From the sequence record PQ182779.1: a stretch of 64,000 nt of DNA, one strand, 5' to 3'. Positions 55,258 through 63,974 of the stretch are shown in pieces. A program made the position numbers and the translations under genes. The notes below the pieces were generated by a model that ran no database searches, was not told the DNA's origin, and was given only the letters and a program-made list of their open reading frames with translations. Every line of letters begins with the position of its first letter. The stretch's first letter is position 1.

Positions 55258-56715
55258 CTACTTGTGCTGCCAGAAAGCGATGTCATTGCCGTGACCGTTT
55301 CCTTTGAAGACGGTGTTGACGATCGGACCGTGTACCAGGTTCTCACCAAATTTGAAGACTTCGATCCCGAACATTACCATATCTGTCGCTGATTCAGGAC
55401 CGGTTTCTTCTCGCCAGAAAATTTCTGATTTCATTTTCCAGACTTGCGCGATCATCCCGTGTGCCACTTTCATGACGTCTTCACGTGAACCACCAATAAT
55501 CCCAGCGTTGACAACCTGCTGATCTTTATTTTCCTGAATAAACTTTTTCAGGGACTTCTGGTGATTGACTTTATCAAACCACGGGTTGCTGTAAGTGGTG
55601 TGTTCATTACCGACATACAGTTTACCGGGTTCCATGCTTTCCCATGGTTCTCTCAACATGATAACGTCAGTTCCGTCTGTGCACCAGACCTGTTCAATAT
55701 CCGGGTTATCGCGGAGGTATTGGTAGATGTGCAGCCAGCGTAAGAAGTAAGGGGAAAGATTGCTGACTTCGGGAACCTTAATTAGATTCACACCCGTCAT
55801 CGCTGAGAGTTGATCAGCAAAGACAATTTTCTCTGCGCCCTTAATACTGTTCGCCCACGCTTGTAATAAAGCGGGGGTCGCCTGCATGTGCTGATTACGC
55901 TGCGGGTCTACACAACCAGTGAGCAGACAAGTCATTACCACCCGACGCGGTTTACGGTACGGAGCGAAACCACTATAACGCGCTCTCCGCCTGGCGCTAT
56001 AAATCTTGACGTTACGTTCGACCTGTTGTTGGCGATCAGCTGGCGGGACTGAACGCGTCACTTCTTCATGTTCATCGAGTGAGTAGATGAGTTTGTTACT
56101 ACCAACGACGTCGCCGAAAGGAAATGTTGTTAATCCAGCATTGTGAATTCTTAATGCTAAGTCAACGTGTTCGTACATTCCCCGTTGATAAATAGGATCA
56201 AAACCACCGACTTTATCAATTGCGGATTTATGGTAGTACAACATTACACCACGCTGGCCCGAAAGCGCGAAGTGTTTACCGTCATTGAAGACCTCGATAG
56301 TATCGTTGATTTTCCTTTTACCGGCGAGGTCTTTAAATTGATAACCCAGATGCGGTTCAGGGGATTCCATATACGGCACCCACCAATTCTCTGCGATAGG
56401 GAAGGCGTCGTCGTCCCAAAGATAAAGATGCTCACAGCCGGCATCAATCAAAAGCTGAAGCGAAGTATTCTTTACCGCAACAATCCCTTCACTTTTCTCG
56501 TGACGGTGCACCCGAGCCCATTCAGGACCTTTAACTGGGGTATCGGACCCGTCGTCGACAATGTAAACCACGGCATTAGGCGGTAGAAACTTTTCGTGTT
56601 GTTCTAACGTTCGTTTAAGGACGTCGTGGCGGTTACGTGTGGAGATCGCTATCCCAATTTTCTTCTCAGCTTGTTCTTCTGGTATATAACGTTTACCATC
56701 AATGATTACGTCCAT
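55258..56715 (-). CDS. two-domain glycosyltransferase (GT2-like plus second DxD domain)
   Basis: IGIAISTRNR, IVDDGS, KNTSL, LWDDD, VGGFD, YEHVDLA; C-terminal VWCTDGTDV. Confidence 0.85.
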   Translation of the reverse strand: MDVIIDGKRYIPEEQAEKKIGIAISTRNRHDVLKRTLEQHEKFLPPNAVVYIVDDGSDTPVKGPEWARVHRHEKSEGIVAVKNTSLQLLIDAGCEHLYLWDDDAFPIAENWWVPYMESPEPHLGYQFKDLAGKRKINDTIEVFNDGKHFALSGQRGVMLYYHKSAIDKVGGFDPIYQRGMYEHVDLALRIHNAGLTTFPFGDVVGSNKLIYSLDEHEEVTRSVPPADRQQQVERNVKIYSARRRARYSGFAPYRKPRRVVMTCLLTGCVDPQRNQHMQATPALLQAWANSIKGAEKIVFADQLSAMTGVNLIKVPEVSNLSPYFLRWLHIYQYLRDNPDIEQVWCTDGTDVIMLREPWESMEPGKLYVGNEHTTYSNPWFDKVNHQKSLKKFIQENKDQQVVNAGIIGGSREDVMKVAHGMIAQVWKMKSEIFWREETGPESATDMVMFGIEVFKFGENLVHGPIVNTVFKGNGHGNDIAFWQHK

Positions 56716-56765
56716 AGAGTATTCAACCTGGTTATGTTCAGTGAAAAAGTCATAAGATTAATCTC

Positions 56766-56796
56766 CAATTTTTTTCATGTATATATTGCCCGAGTG
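56766..56796 (+). promoter_or_regulatory. promoter variant CAATTTTTTTCATGTATATATTGC-N5-TG
   Basis: Near-identical to 46935; upstream of 56856 ORF. Confidence 0.6.
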
Positions 56797-56855
56797 ATAA
56801 AAGAAAAGAATAACCCTTTTATCATACTTTTAACTAAACCAATAAGGAATATATC

Positions 56856-57488
56856 ATGACCACTTTCACTATTACTGTTTTCGCTAAAGACGCTAACTTT
56901 GATTTGACCCCGGACACCCTGTCCGAGAATTTCGCCACATTCACGCCGCGCTTCGATTTTGAAAATTCTATCCCGGAAACGGCAGATTTAATCGTGGAAA
57001 CTCGTATGAGTACAGGTGATCGTTTTTGGCTGTACCGCGAAAATGGAGAGGCGTTTTCCACGATGTGCGACGAGCCAGAATTCCTGGCCAACTGGCCGTA
57101 CAAACGCGAATACCTCGACAGCACGATTCTTACTCCTGATGAACTCGCAGACTTCGAAGAAGAGACGGATATTCTTTCTATCGTCTACGGGGTAGAAGAA
57201 GTTATCGTTAATGTTAAGCGTTATCGCGAACAGAACCCTGTGAAAGTTATGCCGAGCGACTTCAGTTTTAATCCGGAAACGGATATCTTCATTGACGAAG
57301 TGGCTAAAGTACAAAGCGGGGAACGTGAGCATTACCACATGATCATCCGTGACAACGTTATCTACCTCGATAAAACGTTGTCGATTGTTAACATGGCCGA
57401 CTACGAACCGATCACTGTTACAACGATCAAATTCAAACACGCTGAAGATATTAAATTCAGTGCGAACATGGCGCCGTTCTTTAACTAA
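56856..57488 (+). CDS. acidic hypothetical protein
   Basis: SD AAGGA; strong codon bias. Confidence 0.8.
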   Translation: MTTFTITVFAKDANFDLTPDTLSENFATFTPRFDFENSIPETADLIVETRMSTGDRFWLYRENGEAFSTMCDEPEFLANWPYKREYLDSTILTPDELADFEEETDILSIVYGVEEVIVNVKRYREQNPVKVMPSDFSFNPETDIFIDEVAKVQSGEREHYHMIIRDNVIYLDKTLSIVNMADYEPITVTTIKFKHAEDIKFSANMAPFFN

Positions 57489-57501
57489 TCAAACACTTAC
57501 C

Positions 57502-57523
57502 TGGCAGGGGAGTTCCCCTGCCA
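57502..57523 (+). terminator. hairpin
   Basis: TGGCAGGGG-AGTT-CCCCTGCCA. Confidence 0.6.
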
Positions 57524-57555
57524 TTTATACAACTAAACCTATAGAGGAAAGTCAA

Positions 57556-58023
57556 ATGTCATTTTTAAAATCTACTTCTTTAAGCGTTTTTGCTAATCTG
57601 AAATACAGCCGTGAAGAACGCGAACAGAAATTCCGTGACGCCGCGGCGGCAATGGTCAATGCCGTTAACGATATCGTCCTTCATCATGCCGGAGTTCTGC
57701 TTGAAGAGTTAGAAAATTTCGATGAAGATAACTGGATCCTCGGCGATGAATGCGGTTCAGCTATCCTGATATTACGTGATCTGGGTCTTGAGCGCATCAA
57801 TGACCTGGGTAAGTCGGAAGTCTGTATGAAAGAGACCGGTGAGATTTGGATGTTGATTCATCTGGACGGTGTCTTCAGTGATGACTTCGAACCTATGTTC
57901 TTACGCGGTAGGGAACATACGGTTATTGAAAAGCTGGCGACAGGCGTCGATGAAGCCGTAGAGAAACTCGGTCTCGCTGGACTGAGACTCTACTTTAACG
58001 GTAGTGACATTTTAAAGAAATAA
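57556..58023 (+). CDS. hypothetical protein
   Basis: ATG 57556 with SD GAGGA. Confidence 0.75.
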   Translation: MSFLKSTSLSVFANLKYSREEREQKFRDAAAAMVNAVNDIVLHHAGVLLEELENFDEDNWILGDECGSAILILRDLGLERINDLGKSEVCMKETGEIWMLIHLDGVFSDDFEPMFLRGREHTVIEKLATGVDEAVEKLGLAGLRLYFNGSDILKK

Positions 58024-58030
58024 TACAGCC

Positions 58031-58068
58031 GGAGGAGGGGTGGTGACCCCTCTTCTTATTTTGTTTTT
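58031..58068 (+). terminator. intrinsic terminator
   Basis: GGAGGAGGGGT...ACCCCTCTTCT then T runs. Confidence 0.7.
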
Positions 58069-58087
58069 TAATAAAAGGAGAATCAAT

Positions 58088-58387
58088 ATGTCATTTTCTG
58101 ATAACGACGCTACAATCAACGAACTCTCAACGGTCTTCCAGTCGCTCTTTTCGATTAAAGACGAACATGACCTCATTGAACGTCCTCTGTTAACGAGTCG
58201 CGCCATTGAACTCCTTGATCGTACGATTCAGAGTTTAACTTTTCTGGCGGAACTGGCAGAAGTTCTTGATCCTGAAATCGCCAGTAAACATCGTGACGAC
58301 ATCAAATGTTTCACTGAGATGAAAACCAAGCTAGAAGCAACGCAGCAAGACGAATGCCGTTTCTGGCTCTCTAATTCTTTCCATTAA
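58088..58387 (+). CDS. hypothetical helical protein
   Basis: ATG 58088 with SD AAGGAG. Confidence 0.75.
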   Translation: MSFSDNDATINELSTVFQSLFSIKDEHDLIERPLLTSRAIELLDRTIQSLTFLAELAEVLDPEIASKHRDDIKCFTEMKTKLEATQQDECRFWLSNSFH

Positions 58388-58401
58388 TTGGTGTTATAAA
58401 C

Positions 58402-58758
58402 ATGAAAAAGATCATTCTTATTTTAACGTTGGTTTTCCCTTTCTTCGCTAATGCAACAGCGATTATGTTCGAGGATCAAAACTCTAAATGGACGATCACT
58501 GATAACCGCGCGGTCATCTTTGCGAACGGCAAGAAGTACATCTGCACCGATCCAGAAATCGTCAATGACCAGGTCGATAACGATGGTTTTGTTTACTCCG
58601 CCGACACTTACGTTTGCGGGGATCGTTTTTACTTCGCATTGAAAAGCTATAACAAAACCAATTTATTCCTTTTACGTATCTACGACGGTAAACGTGAAAA
58701 AGTGGTTATTGAAAAGCTGGTAAACAAAAATCAATTCCGTTCTCTCTCCAGTTCTTAA
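58402..58758 (+). CDS. exported protein with signal peptide
   Basis: MKKIILILTLVFPFFANA; two Cys. Confidence 0.7.
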   Translation: MKKIILILTLVFPFFANATAIMFEDQNSKWTITDNRAVIFANGKKYICTDPEIVNDQVDNDGFVYSADTYVCGDRFYFALKSYNKTNLFLLRIYDGKREKVVIEKLVNKNQFRSLSSS

Positions 58759-58770
58759 AAGGCGCTCAAC

Positions 58771-59109
58771 ATGAAAAAGATTTTTCTCATTTGTTCGGCA
58801 GTTCTCTTATCCGTTTTCACTATCTTCTCTGCACGGGCGGTGACTGAAACTTTTCGTAGCGGTCATAATCGTGTAACGGTATCTGGCGACAAGGCTTTCG
58901 GTGTTTTTGGCGGGACTAATATAGGCTGCCAGTATATGGGCCAGCAAGGTAGTCAATATAAATGGAGTTGTAACAGCGATGACTACCAGTTGGTCTTAGA
59001 AAACCATGACAACGAGCAGGTGGCGGTATTAGGGTTATTCTACAACCGTATGGGTAAATACGTTTCTACAATGGAAGTCCCGTATACCCAAATTAAAACG
59101 GTAAGATAA
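58771..59109 (+). CDS. exported protein with signal peptide
   Basis: MKKIFLICSAVLLSVFTIFSARA; Cys pair. Confidence 0.7.
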   Translation: MKKIFLICSAVLLSVFTIFSARAVTETFRSGHNRVTVSGDKAFGVFGGTNIGCQYMGQQGSQYKWSCNSDDYQLVLENHDNEQVAVLGLFYNRMGKYVSTMEVPYTQIKTVR

Positions 59110-59117
59110 AACATCTA

Positions 59118-59155
59118 CTGAAGGAGGCGCTTGCCTCCTTCAGACCATCTCTATG
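59118..59155 (+). other. 11-bp hairpin followed by CTATG
   Basis: CTGAAGGAGGC-GCTT-GCCTCCTTCAG-ACCATCT-CTATG. Confidence 0.7.
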
Positions 59156-59188
59156 TAATTTCTTTTTTTGCCTCGAGGGTTTTAAACG

Positions 59189-59530
59189 ATGGAAAAACAA
59201 CACGTTCTTGAAATCTTGATCGAGGATAAGGACCGTCTCGTCCTCAACAAGCAATACAAACTGGAACATTATGACCCCAATATCCTTTATACTGATTTCC
59301 TCAATCGGCTGATCGATAACGACCCTGAACTAGAACCTTATCGTGAAACCATCGATTACTGGTTACAGGACATTTTCACTGAGGTAAAAAGTAATTGGTT
59401 TAAAACCGTCCGTTATTACGGCTGGTTATCGGGGATCAAACTCTTTTATCGTTATAAACCAAAAGCTCCCTTCTGGATACGAATTTTCTCTGGGTTCAGT
59501 TGGGGATTTAAACCCCTCATTCGAAAATAA
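59189..59530 (+). CDS. hypothetical protein
   Basis: SD GAGGG. Confidence 0.7.
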   Translation: MEKQHVLEILIEDKDRLVLNKQYKLEHYDPNILYTDFLNRLIDNDPELEPYRETIDYWLQDIFTEVKSNWFKTVRYYGWLSGIKLFYRYKPKAPFWIRIFSGFSWGFKPLIRK

Positions 59531-59635
59531 AGATTCCGTTGACTTTTTATGAACGTACAACTGTGCTTTATTTTGCATACCAAGAAAAAGCTCACTATCC
59601 GGTGAGCCTCTTTAAACTCTGCTAAGGTGGTATCG

Positions 59636-60448
59636 ATGGGACGTCAAAAGAGTAACGCTAAATTGGATCGCGAAGTTCGTCGTGAGTCTCGCCGTAAACT
59701 CAATCAGCAACGCTCGCTATCGAATGAAGAAACAGCGGAACTTTTTCAGTTTGATAACAGAGGGAACAGCTTCCCTGTTACTCATATTGGGATGGAGAAG
59801 GAAAAGCGTGATCGTAGCCCGATAGAAGCCCGTAACGTCAATCAGGGTCTCTATATGGATGCATTACAGAGTCGGGATTTGATCGTCGCTACAGGATCTG
59901 CAGGGTCGGGTAAAACGCTTTTGGCCACAGTCTATGCGGTCGATCAGCTCAGCGAGAAAAGCGTTGAAAAAATCGTTGTGACCCGGCCGATGTTGACAGC
60001 GGAGGAAGAGATGGGTTTCCTTCCGGGAACGCAATACGAGAAGTTCCTGCCCTACTTCCGTCCGGTCTATGATATTCTCCGTCGTCGGATGGGACCAAGC
60101 TTCCTTCAGTATTGTCTTCGTCCTGAGATCGAGAAGATCGAAGTTGCACCATTCAGTTTTATGCGCGGACGAACCTTTGACGATGCAGTGATTATTCTTG
60201 ACGAAGCCCAGAACGTTACTGTCAACCAGATGCGTCTCTTCCTGACCCGTGTTGGTGACAATTCCACAGTCATCATTAACGGCGACTTAAAGCAGTGCGA
60301 TCTTCCTAAAGGCGTCAAGTCGGGGTTAGCAGACCTACTTGAACGGATAGAGCGTAAACAGTTAGATATCCCGGTGATTAACTTTACCGATGACGATTGT
60401 GTGCGTTCCCCTATCTGTCAAACTGCGTTGGCGATCTACGCAGAATAA
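59636..60448 (+). CDS. phoH: PhoH family ATPase
   Basis: RNVNQ..Y, GSAGSGKT, IVVTRP, MGFLPG...EK..PY, FMRGRTF, ILDEAQN, LTRVG, GDLKQCD, VRS. Confidence 0.95.
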   Translation: MGRQKSNAKLDREVRRESRRKLNQQRSLSNEETAELFQFDNRGNSFPVTHIGMEKEKRDRSPIEARNVNQGLYMDALQSRDLIVATGSAGSGKTLLATVYAVDQLSEKSVEKIVVTRPMLTAEEEMGFLPGTQYEKFLPYFRPVYDILRRRMGPSFLQYCLRPEIEKIEVAPFSFMRGRTFDDAVIILDEAQNVTVNQMRLFLTRVGDNSTVIINGDLKQCDLPKGVKSGLADLLERIERKQLDIPVINFTDDDCVRSPICQTALAIYAE

Positions 60449-60452
60449 ATCT

Positions 60453-60482
60453 ATGGTGGGTGGTTTTACCACCCACCATTTT
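60453..60482 (+). terminator. hairpin/terminator starting within CTATG
   Basis: ATGGTGGGTGGT-TTT-ACCACCCACCAT-TTT. Confidence 0.75.
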
Positions 60483-60500
60483 ATTAAAGGAACCTGGCGT

Positions 60501-60905
60501 ATGTTTAAAAGTAAAAACAATACCCCTGCTACTTTTATCAAGGACAATACACTTGGAGATATTTTCTTATACTTACGCAGCGGAGATTTCGACGGGGGTT
60601 GTAAGTTGCATTATTTGTTTTCTTTGGTGGAGAAGAAAGTAAAGGCTATACCGGATGATTTGTACCAATTAACCTATAGCCCAGAAAAAAACTTACGGTT
60701 GAAAGAAACAAAAGATTTGGACCCCAAAGCGTATTATTACTCGATTAAAGAAGGTCGTCTTTTTCAAGGGTTTAATCGAGTAATGACTAACAACTTCCCT
60801 GTGGAATGGTCTATCGTTGGAAGTTTTGTTTCTATTGAAAGGGAAACAAAAACAATACCGGAACGTGAATTCTTCTCTGAGTTTAAAGAGGTAACCTGGC
60901 AATGA
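60501..60905 (+). CDS. hypothetical protein
   Basis: ATG 60501 with SD AAGGA. Confidence 0.7.
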   Translation: MFKSKNNTPATFIKDNTLGDIFLYLRSGDFDGGCKLHYLFSLVEKKVKAIPDDLYQLTYSPEKNLRLKETKDLDPKAYYYSIKEGRLFQGFNRVMTNNFPVEWSIVGSFVSIERETKTIPEREFFSEFKEVTWQ

Positions 60906-61162
60906 TTAAATATACTCGTGTCAATGTGACCTATATTCCAGGTAATAAATTGAGTGATATGAAAGAATGGGATTTTCCGTATAACGATGATGAATTTCGT
61001 TTGGTGGAAGACTTTCACTCATTAGACCTTAGTGCATTATCGGACGCAGAGAAGCATCGCATTACACAACTGATATTAGAGTTACCGCGCCACGGGGTAG
61101 CGAGAACAGATTCAATGGATCCTGTATTAGGGTTGGTGATTGTGGCACTGAAAAGAAAATAA
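60902..61162 (+). CDS. small hypothetical protein
   Basis: ATGA overlap. Confidence 0.7.
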   Translation: MIKYTRVNVTYIPGNKLSDMKEWDFPYNDDEFRLVEDFHSLDLSALSDAEKHRITQLILELPRHGVARTDSMDPVLGLVIVALKRK

Positions 61163-61192
61163 ACAGAGAGGAGCCGTCTGGCTCCTCTCTGT
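61163..61192. terminator. 13-bp hairpin between convergent genes
   Basis: ACAGAGAGGAGCC-GTCT-GGCTCCTCTCTGT. Confidence 0.8.
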
Positions 61193-61194
61193 AT

Positions 61195-63840
61195 TTACGC
61201 GGCTATATTACCAAACGTTTTCCATCCTTGTGCTGTATATATTTCCCCTTCTGCTCCGTTAGCATTAGGGAGAATGTAATACATCTTCATTCCAACATAA
61301 GCTGTCACTTTAGACGAAAGGTTAGCACCTGTATTTTTTTCTGTCGCCAGGGTGGTAAATAACCCTGTGCATTTATTACGCTCGAGCGTAATAGGAGAAT
61401 AAATAGTGGTACCAAAAATATAGATCAGATTACCGCTATTGACGTTTCCAATAAAGGTCGGGGCATGTGGGCTATTCAGGTAGAATAAAGCGGTATTAAA
61501 CGGGTTTTGCGTCACTAAATTACCATCAAAGATTTGGTTTGCGCCAGCAGACTCAGAAGATACCAAACCATTCAATGTCGGCGTTCCCGTATTTTGTACA
61601 TGAATAGTGTTCCGCTCAAATACACTATTATCTGAGGAAACTACAATTTGTGAACTGGTTGCAGAAGAGTTAATCCTGAATTCGTTCCTTGATATTACCG
61701 CTCTCGCCGTAGCCTGGAAAACATTACCTAAATGATAATTATTAGCGATAGGTTGATTCTGAACATCCATAATGTTCTTATCGAAAATGCCCGTGCATTG
61801 TAATGCTACGAAAAACCAACCCTCGAAAAAGTTATTTTCTACTTTCACATTTTTCGAGCTATTCCTGAATGCAATCGTAACCAACGAGTTCGATTTATTG
61901 ACAAACCTATTACCGCTGAATACAAGTCCATCGTGGTAAGCGATATTAGAAGTCACTGTACTGCTGATTGTACTATCAAAGAAGAAGGTATTATCTTTAA
62001 TAATAACGCCCTTAACCAATGTACTAATAGTCGCATCAATTGCAAATGCCGAGCCTCGGGAAAATCTGAACATATTCCCGACGAACATTGACCCTGACCG
62101 GTTACTTCTGAAAGCAGGGTATGATACACAGTAGCATTTATTACCCCTGAATTCAACTCCCCTACGAGCGCCATCGTCAACGGTACTGTAGTTATGGCAC
62201 ACGAGATGACCGCGAATACTTTGATAGCCGCCTTGTGGACATGTTCTATTATCGCAGTAGAGCATATCTGTAAAATTATCAGCTACTGTCGCGCGAGTAC
62301 TAGCCGGGAAAATAGGAAGATAACAATTAAGAACCATGTTGTGAACAATGTTTGTTTCACTAAATCCTTCCGATTTAATTCCAATGGTGTATCCATATAC
62401 AGTACAATTTTGGATAGTGCAACCTTTGGCTTCGTTGTCCCAATTACTCGTCAAGTTACCCGCCGAGATTATAGAAGTCATTCTTGGTGGCGCTGTCTCT
62501 GGCGCGGCACTAGTCATATTTTGATCCCACGGGTATTCTGTCCAAATACCAATGTAACCGCATAACGTGTTATAAACATCTGTGCCGTTGTCTGTTGAAT
62601 TAACGTGAACTTGATACGTCCGTTGATTCCATGCCGTGACATTATCAATAAGTCCCCCAACACAGGCCCAAAAGAAAATAGCACCGCCGTTAGAATCCGA
62701 AGCCATATTACCGTCGGTTCTGGCAATGATATTTCCAGCGGAGACATTATAGAACTGGCAACTCTTTACTGTCGGCTCAAACGACTTCCTGACAATTATC
62801 CCGTCACCATAGATGTTATTTAACGTTACATTTTCAATCGTTGGGCTATCGGCGTAGAAGAAATAAATCCCCCAAACCCCGAGAGAGTATGGAGTAGGAT
62901 GAGTTGTCCCTAAAGTTGCCAAATCAGTCCCGCCTTTGTTTTTTTGGCGAGAATAATCCATCGAAAAGTTTTTGAGGACCACTTTAGGAATAAACTGATT
63001 TCCGTTAACGCCAATAAAGGAAATTAAAGGAGGTTCTTTTACCCAGTTAGCGCCGGCTTGTAATACAGGGGGCGCAACATCATCAAATGTAAAGACCGTA
63101 CTGTCTCCGTTACCAGATATAGTAAACGGTTTCAAATTGGCAGAATAGTTAAATACCTTTCTGAGCGTACCCCAATTTATTTCGCCATTGGGAAATTTTA
63201 ATTCTCCCCCACGAACGGAAATGAAATTGAGCGCTTTGTCGATATTATTTCCTCTATCTCCGCCGTCAGCGATAACACCGAACCATTGAGCATCTACAAT
63301 GTTTTCGCTATTATACCGTTGCCAGTAAAACCCGTTACCGGCCGCAGTGACACCACCGTCATCTGTAGCAGTTCCTAAATGCCCAACAAATTCCCCGCCG
63401 CCAGTCACCCCATCAGAATAGTACCCTTTCAAGTAAACCACCTGACCTTCCCGCCATGGTTTGAACTGCCGCAGTGCGGCAAAACTATCCACCTGTACTT
63501 TGACATGTTTCAAAAGTTCCGGGATATAAATGGTTTTCTTCGTGCCGCTATTACCAATAACCGCATTTGCGCCGATGTTTGTTCTGATATACTCATTAAC
63601 CGATAATTTGTTACTGTCGACATAAACGTAGAAGAGTTGGTTTTCTACCGTTGCAGCAATCCCCTCCTCCACTGTCTCAAAGGCATGGTCAAAATCAAAA
63701 AGATCCCGAACCTGGCTCAATGTGATTTTGTTCGTTGCCAAAGTACCGCTAGATAACGTCAAACTTAGCGGTAACTCTCCTGCCATATTCCCGCTAGTCA
63801 AACTGTTTAATTCACTGATCTTATTCCCGAAGTCACTCAT
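61195..63840 (-). CDS. tailspike/depolymerase with right-handed beta-helix (pectate-lyase-like) domain
   Basis: Start at ATG 63840 (SD AAGGT); [12 protein letters not shown] particle-binding motif, FAALR...GGGEF...DDGG linker, VDAQWFG, repeated I.N....N beta-helix rungs. Confidence 0.85.
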   Translation of the reverse strand: [881 protein letters not shown]

Positions 63841-63920
63841 TACCGTTACCTTTCTCATGGGGTTATTGTCATAGGAAAATTACCGTTCTCTTTTCACTAC
63901 CGTTCCAATTAGTTTGATAA

Positions 63921-63936
63921 CTATATCACCCTATTG
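63921..63936 (+). promoter_or_regulatory. phage promoter CTATATCAC-N5-TG
   Basis: Recurrent motif upstream of ORF starting at 63975. Confidence 0.75.
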
Positions 63937-63974
63937 CAGTTAACATCATTAACAAAAAATAAGGTGATTAAACA

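Noticed and set aside
57495-57512. ACTTACCTGGCAGGGGAG is identical to nt 3-20 of U1 snRNA as I recall it
   Set aside because: The match stops at 18 nt and most of it is the 5' arm of an ordinary intergenic hairpin with its own complementary arm. No further U1 structure follows, so it is best treated as a post-hoc coincidence.
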